Shown here: one piece after another, positions 1 through 10,515 of the stretch
Layout: every line of letters starts with the position of its first letter
How positions within the stretch are numbered: position 1 is the first letter of the stretch
Assembly: GCA_973895155.1 (NCBI GenBank)
Contig: OZ316895.1
Location: 20,660,803-20,724,802 of the forward strand
Length of the DNA stretch: 64,000 nucleotides
Direction: 5' to 3'
DNA from: Marsupella aquatica
Lineage: Eukaryota > Plantae > Marchantiophyta
Position numbers and translations under genes: made by a program
Notes under the pieces: model-generated
Told to the model about the DNA's origin: nothing
The model's database searches: none
The model's input: the letters and a program-made list of their open reading frames with translations, nothing else

Positions 1-250
1 AGCCTTCATTGATATTTGAATAAGAAAGTTTCAACTTCAGGAGTTCAATGCTTTCTTATAGTTCATTTGTGGAGGGCCCATCACAAATTACAATATAGAT
101 GTAGTCTCAATTGATATTTGAATAAGAGCAAATTAACATCAGGAATTTAATGCTTTCTTCTAGATAAAGTGTTGGGGGGTCATAGAAGAGATGATGAAGT
201 CATCATTGACATTTGGATAAGTATAATGCAAGAAGGGATGCAATGCGATC
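1..250. repeat. Degenerate ~105-bp tandem repeat (about 2.5 units; a further unit at ~1915-2045)
   Basis: Recurring motif ttgatatttgaataag...caggaatttaatgctttct...tag.t.a.gtgtggagggt near 10, 112 and 207; similar text resumes at ~1920-2045, beyond the L1 fragment. Confidence 0.6.
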
Positions 251-309
251 TTTCATAAACACTGCCAAAATATAAAAAGTGTCACACCAGGAGACAAGAT
301 CCCAAAGGC

Positions 310-1657
310 AGTTACACTTTCAAGGACTGGCTTTTGCTCTGCACCCCAGAGCGAGAGGGGGTCTCCCGTACAATGGTGGATTCTGGAAGGCTTGGGAGGA
401 ACTGCGAGCCCACCTTGCATTTATGCTGGGCCAGATGGGTGCCCCAGGGTGCATGAGCATTAACAATGCCATTAGATGTATGCTAGATTTCAATTCCTTG
501 CAAAATGTGGACATAGTAGGAGTCACTACATTAATTTGCGGAATGCACTCTATACAGGATGGATGGTCAATTGAGACCAATTGCTGGAAAGACCTCCCAC
601 TCAGAGGTCAGGTGCTGAGGGGATTCACGTTGGAGCAACGAGGGCTGGCAAGAGAGTTCCTGGAGCGAATATGGGAGTCGGCCTTATGCAGATGGGACAG
701 AGATCCTCTGGCCAGGCAGTGGCGCTGGGCTGACAGGGCAAAGCCTTTAAGGACTTCCAAATTACCAACTGCCGGGTCTACCAATTCTTCCGACCCAGGA
801 TGATGGACATGATCAGCTTAATAGGTGCGGGTTCTCGACTCGATCAGAAATGGAATGGTGCATTGGGTGGAACAAGCCATGGAGTTTAGACCTGTCTAGC
901 AGAGCGAAAACCTTTATCTGATGGGTAATTGTGTGGGGGGGGGGGGTCGTGTACAGCCAAAGGGGCCTATGAATCAAGGCTGGCACTGGAGATTGCAAGC
1001 TGTTGCAGGTTCCAGAGACAATGCAACATTTGTTCTTTGTCTGTGCATATATATGCTTCACGCTGCTGGCAGATGTGCAGTAGGACTTTGGCTGAGCTGC
1101 GACGGGCTTCCAGTTGGCGATGGCCTCTTGGCTCTTCTCAAAGCTGCCACAGGGCAGGAACTGATTCATAGTGCAAGGATATTTTGTAATGATCAGATTC
1201 TCTGGATGATCTGTCTGGGAAGAAATGAACATATTTTCTCAGATAAGGACTGGTGAACATTTGACATGGGTGTGTTGCTTGCTGAGATTGCTAACAACAT
1301 CCATGATGTGAATGCTTTTTTGCCACTTGGGAGGCAATGTTCTCATTTGAATAGGGACCAATAGTGGATGGCGGGGACGAGGTCATATTACCCCCACTGA
1401 CTGAGGTCAGATGGGGGTGAATTTCACTCTGTGCCTTTATAAGAGGGTGCTTATGCCATGAGGGCTTTTGCCTTTCTGCTGGCGAGTTTGATGGAGGCTC
1501 TAGTGGTGCTGCTGGGTGCATTCTTCCGGTCATGGGGCGGCCTGTGGCTGATTGGGCCTATTGTGGCCTTTTGTCCCCCCTGTTGTTCCTCCCCCTTTGT
1601 GGGGCTGATGATCCCCCCCTATCAGTGGTCACTGTGTTAAAATTTATTAAAAAAAAA
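310..1657 (+). mobile_element. 5'-truncated, frameshifted L1 LINE remnant (ORF2 C-terminus, 3' UTR, poly(A))
   Basis: Broken frames give GGFWKAW, a zf-RVT-like GTGDCKLLQVPETMQHLFFVC (~982-1044) and WMICLGRNEHIF, typical of plant L1 ORF2 C-termini. A T-rich 3' UTR ends in an A9 tract at 1649-1657. The 5' boundary is approximate. Confidence 0.75.
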
Positions 1658-2679
1658 CCATTCCAATAAAGATCCCAAAAGGCAAGAAATACACTAAAGG
1701 AAAACCTAAGAAGATCAAAGAACCAAAACCCCTACAGCGAACAAGTAGAGTGCTATGAACCACAACTAAAGAACCAAAGCCCCACTTAGTTTGAAACTGA
1801 CAAGTCTAGTAGAGTTTTATAGTAAACTACATATGAAACCCACTAAGAGTAATATGACTAGAATCCCTTAGACCACTAAGAGTGTATTCCTTAAAACCAA
1901 CAACCCCGGCTCACCTTTTTCTAGTTGAGGTGTGGAGGGTCAATCCCTAATGATAGTATAGAAAGAACGATATAGTCTTAGCAGGTATTGAAATAAGAAT
2001 ATAATATCAGGTAATTTAATGCACTTTCTAGTTAAAGTGCGAAGGGTAGTTGAAAGTGCAGCTTTGAAAAGCTTTCTTCATGGGAAAACTTGACCACAAT
2101 GAAAGGACGAGGGCCGGGGGAGTGGATCAGATAGCTCCAAATAGGCTTGAATGAGAAGACATCGCTGACTTGACAAATTAAAACAAGGCTGAGTTATGAT
2201 GGCTATCAGTGCATTACTTCAACTAAAAAATAATAATTTTAGAAAGGTCTCTTCAACTGAACGTTGAAGGTTCAATTACAAATTGAATTCTGATGCGCCT
2301 TTAATTCAGTAGGGACCACCCTTAGTCTGGAAAGTACACATATCAAATTGTAATACTTGTAACAATAGATGATGCCCTCCTCGAGGCCCATGTTTCCTAC
2401 TGCGCAGAATAAACAAAGCCATCAGTCCTTGTCAAATCAATCCAAGACAAAGCACCCCATAGACTAGACATTACTAAATATGAAAAGCTTGCACAATGAC
2501 TTGCAAATAGGAAATATAAAGTACTCTAGGTTCATAGGAATAACAGTACTAGTCAAAGCAAATCCCACACAGACAAAGTAAGTAACTTTGGTCATTATTC
2601 TGCTCTAATGGCCAATCCACTTTTCAATTATTTCATTTATTTGTCTTACTAAGAATTCATCACATATTTTTTTTATTCT

Positions 2680-2910
2680 GGTGAGCTTTGTGCAGCTTGA
2701 ACTAGGGTAATTTCCAAGGTTTTCATGTTTTGCAATGGAGGGAAATGTCACTTTGTGAGAAGATTCTCAGTATATATTACTCATCTAATTTTATGAGATT
2801 AGTTTCTGACCATTAGATCTATCTAGATCTGAGAACAACCACCAGATTCTGGCTAAAGGAGTGTGTGCCTAGGTGGGAAACTGGCTAATCAAAACAAAAA
2901 TCCTGGCCAA
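2680..2910 (+). repeat. Dispersed repeat family copy (also ~22870-23075 + and ~40730-40830 -)
   Basis: Shared blocks tttctgac..t.agatct..ctagat, attctggctaa and ggg(a)aactggctaat between 2804-2906 and 22933-23054; reverse complement ttagccagaat...aaatctaggaagatctgaca at ~40735-40780. Confidence 0.6.
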
Positions 2911-2912
2911 GA

Positions 2913-3087
2913 GAAAATACAAACTTTTTAAAGAAAGGGTCGAGCAGATAATAAAAGAATAAACAAAAGAGGTCCAAAGGGGACAAAAAACCAAACTCAA
3001 AAGAAGTGAGCAAAACCCCTAATCATAGAGAAAGAGGAAACAAAGCTAACCCAAATGGACTGAGGTCCTCATCAAACCTAGATCGTG
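2913..3087 (-). mobile_element. 3'-UTR-only insertion of the CRE-like retrotransposon family, with 9-bp TSD
   Basis: Aligns by eye to 33447-33630 (aaaagaataaacaa.agaggtcc, caaaagaagtgagcaaaa, caaatggac.gaggtcctcatca.acctag); flanked by TGGCCAAGA at 2904-2912 and 3088-3096. Confidence 0.8.
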
Positions 3088-3210
3088 TGGCCAAGACTTT
3101 TCAATAAGGTGTACTTTGGAAACTTTATGCCACTAAAAAAAAGTTGACCTGAATGATTGAGATCCATTGTAAAAATGTAGGGAAAGTTGCCTGCATAACG
3201 AGTAACTCAA

Positions 3211-3580
3211 TTGTTGAGAACACATAGTATGCATGCCAGAAGCACTGGTGATGGGTTATTTATGCTCAAATCAAGTGGATTACCTGCCATCAAATTCATA
3301 ATGAAAACTTGTATTCAATATGTAGATAGTTGCATGTTGAAACACTTTCACAAAACACTTGTTGTTGCCTCAAATTTTGTGGCAAGTTGGAGAGCAAGTT
3401 TATTAAAACTGACTAAGAGTAAAAAGCGCACATCAAGGGAAGAAATATTGAATTGAGTACCAAACAAATGCGTACTTTGAGTAAGCTTCAAGTGAAAAAA
3501 AACTCGTAGCATACATGCCCAAGAGTAGGGTACAATGAACCTAACAAAAAGGAAGTGTCCCATGTGTAGGGAAGGGGAGC
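3211..3580 (+). pseudogene. Possible decayed Mutator/FAR1-like transposase C-terminus
   Basis: Faint SWIM-like remnant (LF..SGLP) and a zinc-knuckle-like end (TCPRVG...NK(R)KCP, frameshifted); CpG-depleted and broken. Confidence 0.25.
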
Positions 3581-3693
3581 GAACAAACATGAAGAAGCTC
3601 ATGCAAAGTTCAACACAACAAAGTGTCGTAACTCTATCATTTACCAATCTACAAATCATGGCATCAATTGTCAATTTCTCCCATCAATCAGTT

Positions 3694-3747
3694 GTGGGGG
3701 CTTTACAGTGTGGGCTTTACAGTGTGGGCTTTACAGTGTGGGCAGTG
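3694..3747. repeat. 14-bp tandem repeat (gtgggctttacagt) x3
   Basis: Directly visible repeat units. Confidence 0.9.
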
Positions 3748-3986
3748 CCTTCTGTAAACGTATAGTCCACCAGGAGGTGCAAAAATTCCCAAACTATCAG
3801 AACTAGCCAGTTGGGGTGTGCCCTAGGGGATGCCCCTATGTCTCACCAAATGTGAAGGACGGTAGAGATACATAGGTCTTGTCTAAGGGGACTTTTTTGC
3901 TCCACCAGAAAGTCAAGGGATTTGCAATGACTTGTATTTGATAAAGTTTGAACCTAACAAGACTTCTATCATCCTCCTGGAGTTAA

Positions 3987-5020
3987 CAGTGCACCAAGAT
4001 GCCATTGGGACTTAATAGGGCCTTGTGACTGCCCACTGTCTCATTTTCTACGCGGGTGCTTGTCAGAGCATGGTCATTAAGATACAAGAACACCACCTCG
4101 TCACACAATACAAAACAGTTGGGAACACAATAGAGGCGTTGTCTGGGTCTGTGGGTGGTGATCTCCTCTGAGTATATTATATTGATTGTCGGCTTTTGCG
4201 GAGCAGCGGAGGTAAAGCAAGAGCTACATTGCATTTTTCCATGTGGCTTTATTTCTTTGAATTCTGATCAATTACTCAATGCGCCATAGAAATATGTACA
4301 AAAGACCTTGTGAAAATTCAATTTGGTGCAATTCACGTACAATGGACACTCTCCAAAGGTTCCCCTGCTACTGCACAAGAATGACAGACCTTCCCGCCCT
4401 GTTAAGTCCAAATTTTCCATAGTTCCAACTGGACAATCTAACCTCAATATATTAGAATATACCTTAGAGCTGGGCAATTAGCTTTCGCTAACATTCTGGA
4501 ATTTTCACAATTGCACCGTATAGACCTTAGGCAGAGCAGAGAAGAGTACCCTTCAATTTTAAAAGAAAAATTGATACCATAAGTTACTAGTACCTTGCAG
4601 GTCGCCAAAGCTTCAGTCACGGAGCACAATCCTATGAAGCCTATCATTCACAATTTAGTAACGTCCACTATTCAGCACCTTCTTTATATTGCACAGCAAA
4701 CTCCACACAGGTTCAGGCAGTTTTTCTCTTCTTCAAATGACTGGCGTTCTTGACTGCCAATTCCTAATTCAAAAAACTAAGCTTTCAAATCCCTTCCGCA
4801 TAGAGCTCTGACTCTCCCAGCCCTTCACATTTGACTTCAAGACTCTCTCCCTAAAAAGTTATGCTAAAGTCTCTGCTAAAATGTACTTTGCTTGCCCAAT
4901 TGTGAAACACTCACTCAAGAGGTTAGTGCATGACTTATTGCGTCCACTCCCACAGGAACCAGACGACTATGGGCAGTCACAGGAGGCCCTAGTAAATCCT
5001 GATGGCATCTTGGTGTACTC
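3987..5020. mobile_element. Non-autonomous DNA transposon with ~55-bp imperfect TIRs and TTAA target duplication (piggyBac- or Kolobok-like)
   Basis: Left TIR cagtgcaccaagatgccattgggacttaatagggccttgtgactgcccactgtc; right gactatgggcagtcacaggaggccctagtaaatcctgatggcatcttggtgtactc; TTAA at 3983-3986 and 5021-5024. No transposase ORF inside. Confidence 0.7.
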
Positions 5021-7069
5021 TTAAGTCCAAACTTGGTATGTGATGGGCTTATGTATGGGTGAGAGGTAGTGTTTTGAGTCTTGCAAACTACATGCCATGG
5101 ATAATTGTCTCAAGGAACGGTTGTGCTCCATCAGAAACTCATGACATGCATGGTCACTTGTGTTTTACTGGCCTGGGTAGTGTGAGGGGTGGGAGGTAGA
5201 GCTTTCCTACTTGCACCATTGGGATAGAGTTGGCCAAACTGTGCGCCATCTGCCTGGTTTCTGAGTAGCTATTGCGTGAATAAAACCAGGCCTGTGTGAC
5301 CAAAGAGGGTTTTGGTCACAAAAGCTGAACTGTTACAAATGTACTGTCTTTAGTATTGTACACTCGATTTTTTAGAATCTTATGTACATAAATCGTATGC
5401 GCAGAAATGGTATGTGCAGAAAAATGATTTGGAGGCATTTTGGGCCCCTACCACAAAGCTGAACTTTAGCCAAGAATAGTGTAAATGCTGAACCTTGGAT
5501 TTGCCCAGTGTGTTGGTATTAGTGTCTTTCGTAAAGGGGAATTTCGTTTGTCTGCTCATACGAACCGTATTATGTAGTCCGTATAAATAAATAAATAAAT
5601 AAATTTCGCGAATAGCGTCGTCCTCGAAACACGAGAAAACAAATTGTTCAGTCAAGTGTCAAAAGCCATTTCGCAAGTGTTTCACTGTTTGTGTACGAAT
5701 GATTCAAAGAAACTGCCCGTACACCGTGTGAAGTACGGCCCTAATCTTGGAGACGGGCAGCATTGGAAAATCCCACTGTTAAAGTCAGACAATCCCTCGA
5801 TCGCGATAATGGACCGTCAAGAAGCGCCCCTCTTTGATATTCCCACGTGGGTTATTTCGTGGTTACCATGTTGCTTCTTTTGTCAGACCGATATTGTACG
5901 GACAGTCAGCTGACAAACTCCCGTTTGGGGCAGACAGCGCTGTCACAGCGGGCGCCGGGCAGTAGGGTGCAGAGTTGTCCAGACAATGTCTTAATTACGA
6001 AATCTTAGTGACAATATTAGCCAAATTAAGCTAATCCGTTTTTTCCTGGGCTTTCTACTTTCGGAGTCCCGGCACTGTGGACCCGTACACGGGCTGTCAG
6101 GCACACCGTCTACGCATCCCATTCGCCAAGAGGGTCTCCAAACATGACGGTAGTCTGGTACATAGAAGTAAAATAATGTTTATTAGGTTCTTGTAAGTTA
6201 GTGGTAAATTGTTTGGTCAAACCGAATTAAACGTCGAAAAGGTTAAGAAGAATTACGGAGAGATATGAAAGCGGTACCTCGCTGAATTAAAAAAATTATA
6301 ACCTAATTGCTAAGGGACCCAAAAAAACAGAAACCGGCCACTTTCCCGACAGCGAAGGATCTTTTCCCATCTAATGGGAAAGTAACGGCGTAGATTTTAT
6401 AAGAACGCAACGTGCGGCACAGATAAGGTATTTTTATCTGACTCGATTTTGGAAACGAGCATGAATAAGGAATTAGACAGCCGTCGCCGTCACTGGTAAT
6501 ATTTCCAGATTTGCTTTCTTTTTCCCCTCAGCCCGAAAGAATTCAGGGGTGGAATGGTGGCGGCAGTGCTGCTGACAAGTGGAGGATATAGCCGTAAATA
6601 TCGAGCAGGAATGGGTGATATTGGCCGTCAGATTCAATAAATCTACGGTCAAAAATAGAAGATGCTTAATAAAATTGTATTATCTGCGTGGATTTTTGGA
6701 ATGGGTGGCGTAGGGCGAAAGCTTTGGGGCACAGCCAAAGACTTCACTTGGATCTCGACAACGGAAACTACAATGGATTGATTTGGAAGAATATTTTTTC
6801 TGTTGGATTTTCGTGGAGTTTTCTGCCTGAATTCTCATACCATTCTGTCTTCCATAGAAGCCCAGAGAGAACATAAATTTTGACAAACAACTAGAATAGA
6901 CTGCAAGTATGAGGATTGATTGTGTTCAACTGTTAGTTTGCATTCATATGGTATCTTTTCTTTGTACATTTGGACATACTTTTAGCCTCGAAAGCTGCTA
7001 GGTTTATGAGAGTTGCGCCGTTAGACATTGTGTTCATCTGAGCATGAGTCTGCATCCTTCTCGTAAGAC

Positions 7070-7260
7070 ACCAAAGTCACAGAAAATGCCAATCATGGGA
7101 CTCCTTGTTTTCTTGCCTTCGTTGGGTCTTATGCCTTTGGGATCTTGTCAGGGGAAATTTCCATTTTGTTGATGCCAGAAATCAAAGTCACACATAATGC
7201 CAATTAGGTAATCCTTGTTTTTTTCCCTTTGGTGGGTGTTCTGCCTTTGGGATCTTGTCT
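7070..7260. repeat. ~110-bp degenerate direct duplication
   Basis: caaagtcaca.a.aatgccaat...tccttgtttt...tgcctttgggatcttgtc occurs twice (~7072-7149 and ~7183-7259). Confidence 0.75.
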
Positions 7261-9202
7261 CCATGTTTGACTCGTTTGTTCTAAGTAGTGGCTGTAGAGG
7301 AGAAGGAGTCTCGCATTGGATGGCGGGAGAATCAGTCAATGAAACCCTCAGTGACCCTTTCTATGGTAAGTGAACAGGTGGAACTATGCTTGGATAGTCA
7401 AATACTTGATCTAATTCTCAGCCCTCGCTCCTCTTGGAAATCACATTTATCGTCAAAATGACTTTGTCCAGAATTTGATAGTTTGCTGTGTGAAGAAGGT
7501 TGGTTGATTGTAATTGCAGCATCGCCAAATTGTCAAAGGGTTCTTGTAGATTCTTAAAGGTGCCATGGCAATATGTCGCACCTGGATTTGGATTTTATGA
7601 AGGGAAAGACTGCCTTGATTGTACCACCCTTGGTCTTGACTGAAATTGTCAGCCTCTTATCAGCCTCTTATATCTGAAGACCTTGAACCCCACTTTGTCG
7701 ATTTCAGGACCTTCAACCCCAGTTTTGTTTCATTCAACTGCTTTTGGGAACCACACGCACACATTTTCAATTGTTGATTTTCTTGAACCAGAAATTTAGG
7801 ACAGCCAATATGCAAAGTGACAGATCGTGGTTTTCAGATTTTGAGAATAGCAATGTAATGACAGTGTATTATGACGCTTCTCATCCAATGAAATAGAAGA
7901 GAGTTTTGGGTGTCTTTGTTTACTAAAGGCGTTGGAAGATCATTCTAGTATCTACTCCAAAAGTTAGATTTCTTAACTTTTCCAGGAAAAATATATTATA
8001 AGGTCCTAGTGTTGCTTTTTAATTTTTTTGTGCCTCAGCTTTTCACAGTCAACTGTATAGACACATGGACTGGTCTGCCATCTATGTCCTTCATATACGT
8101 AAAGGAGCCCACAAAACATGGAAAGTTTCAAACAAACAACAACAAACAGAATTGATAAAGCAAATAGCGTAAGATATGGTAAAATAACTTTTGGTTTGGA
8201 GACTATAAAAAATACCAGAAATATTAAATCATCATTTTATAATTCCGTTTGTCAGAGAATGATAATCTTTTGACATGGAAAATACTAATTTTAATATTCT
8301 TTTGACATGGCAAATACTAATTTTAATCTTGCCAATCATTTTGAAAGCTCACTTTTAACATCTGATCAAAAGTGATTTAGATCTATAGGGAAATTTTTTT
8401 ATTTAAACTGTAAAATTTAATAATTCATAGTATTTCGTGGTTTTGATTTCTATAGTATATTCACTGTTATATATAGATCATCTTTGTTTTAAAATTTGGA
8501 GAAAAATTGTAATAAACTGATATACATGAATCGAACCCAGATGGAAGGGATATGCTCAATAGACCCCCTACTGGAAAAAGTTTAATTGATCAACCCCTTC
8601 AATCTTTCCCCCATTAGCGGTATACTTAGTTCTTTTTTGGGTCTTTCTAAAGCGACAATCTGGGTTACTAGGACCAAACTTTGCTCAGTTTCACCATAGA
8701 CTGTGCCTGATCAAACTGCAGGCTGTGAATGGGGCTGGTCCTCGTCGGCAATGTTGTTACAACAAGGCAATCATTTTTGTGTAGTCTAGACGACGGGGTT
8801 AGGGTTAAGTTAGTACAAAGTGAATGTCTTTCCTTGTAACCTGCATTCTCTGTTTTGGCCAGGGTTCCTGGCCCAGAAAAACTTGTAGCATATATACACA
8901 GATACTACATAAATAAAAATAAATGTTTTCTTATAATCTCTGTTAATTGCAATAGTTCATCCAAGATTGTTTCAACAATTTTGACCCCGAGGCTTCTTCC
9001 CTGTTTTGTCACCTCCCCTTTAGATAATGAAAAACTCTGCTTGCTCAGACCACAAGGCTTGTTTCAGGAATACAACTGGAATTTGGGAACATTCTTTGCA
9101 AGTGGTACTGGCATCCCTCTCAATTGCAGCAAACCTTATGACCAATTGACTCCTACTGGATCCTTGATGTTTACTCAGTAGAAATTTGAGTTTCCTAATC
9201 TA

Positions 9203-9537
9203 TGTTAGGGTTTTGATTCAACCTTGGCGAGGCTAACTACGCGGGTAACTATAGTAAGTTAACCAGAATTAACATTAGTTGACTAGACTCTTCCTAACGG
9301 GATAACACTCTTTGTGTCCCATGGAGAGAGAACACTTAGTTGAGAATTTGCATGAGAGAGAATTTTTTTTTGACCATGGACCTATTGTGATATGTATTTT
9401 TTGTGTTCGTAGTGAAGCTCTTGGTGTGGTCATGGACGTAGCTCGGACGGGGTGAACCACATATCTTTGTGTTAGTGTACTCATGTGCAATATGAGTGGT
9501 GGTTTTGAGACATCATGCTGTGTATTTTGATCCTACA
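9203..9537 (+). mobile_element. Solo LTR (Copia-like), 335 bp, 5-bp TSD ATCTA
   Basis: TG...CA ends (tgttaggg...cctaca); ATCTA at 9198-9202 and 9538-9542; carries the motif ggacgtagc...ggggtgaaccac shared with the other LTRs here. Confidence 0.8.
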
Positions 9538-10239
9538 ATCTATTATGGCTTGATTTCATGTGAAATACATGTTTTGTTTAACAGCACAAGGTGCAGTTCA
9601 TCACAAGCAATAGTTCTCACCAGAGCTGGTCAATCGGCTACTGCAATATTGTATGTTGGGGGTTTTACTCGTGCCAAAATGGCACATCGCATGCATAAGG
9701 TCATTTTATTTGTTCTAACAGAAGACTTTAATTTGTTTGCAACAAAAACTGGAGTTTTTTAAATCCAATTTTGAGAGTCATGAGAAAATATGTGGTTTTC
9801 TAAACCAATGCTGGAATCTTCCAATTTACTTGGGTAAACCCTTCTAAGGAAAAACTTTTATTTTAAGTTTTTGGGGTTTTTGAGCCTTCAAAATATTCCA
9901 CATGATGGGAGGGGCTCCATATAGTAAGACCCTCGAGTCTTGCATTGCTTGATCAGTATCCAAGGAGAATCTTAACATGGCCAGGGGAGAGGGATCTGTA
10001 TAACAAGAATGATATGCTGGACAAGATCAATCTTTCTGATTTCAAGTTGGATCACGAGGATGGCCTAGGATTCAATATCAAAATCACCATGTTGATATTT
10101 AAATTTGACTGGGTTTTGCTGAGTATAAGTGACCGTGCCATCTCCCTGTTAGTATCTTGTATGAGATGACTAGGGCCATTCTAGTTCTTTCTCTTGTTTA
10201 TTTTGATGTATGAGCCCCTATTCCAGTGCGTTGCACTGT

Positions 10240-10515
10240 GCAAGGAGGGCGGCTCATATCAGAGGGAGCGTTTAATTGCGAGGGGGGATTGTCCACAAAG
10301 GAAGGGAGGGAATTGCTAAGGTCGAGGGGATTTGCGAGGGAGGGAGGGAATGTTGAGGCAAGGAGGGGAGGGGGTCCATAATTAAGGCATGGAGGGGAGG
10401 GGAGGGGACGGACTGACGGAGGCATGGGGGGAGCATTCACGAGGGAGGGAATGATGGGGCATGGAGGGGATGTACTGACGGAGGCATGGTGGGAGCATTT
10501 GCTTGGGAGGGAGGA
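10240..10515 (+). repeat. G-rich low-complexity block (gggaggg / ggaggcatggggg units)
   Basis: Dense GGG tracts and duplicated gactgacggaggcatgg..gggagcatt units; probably inside a TE. Confidence 0.6.
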
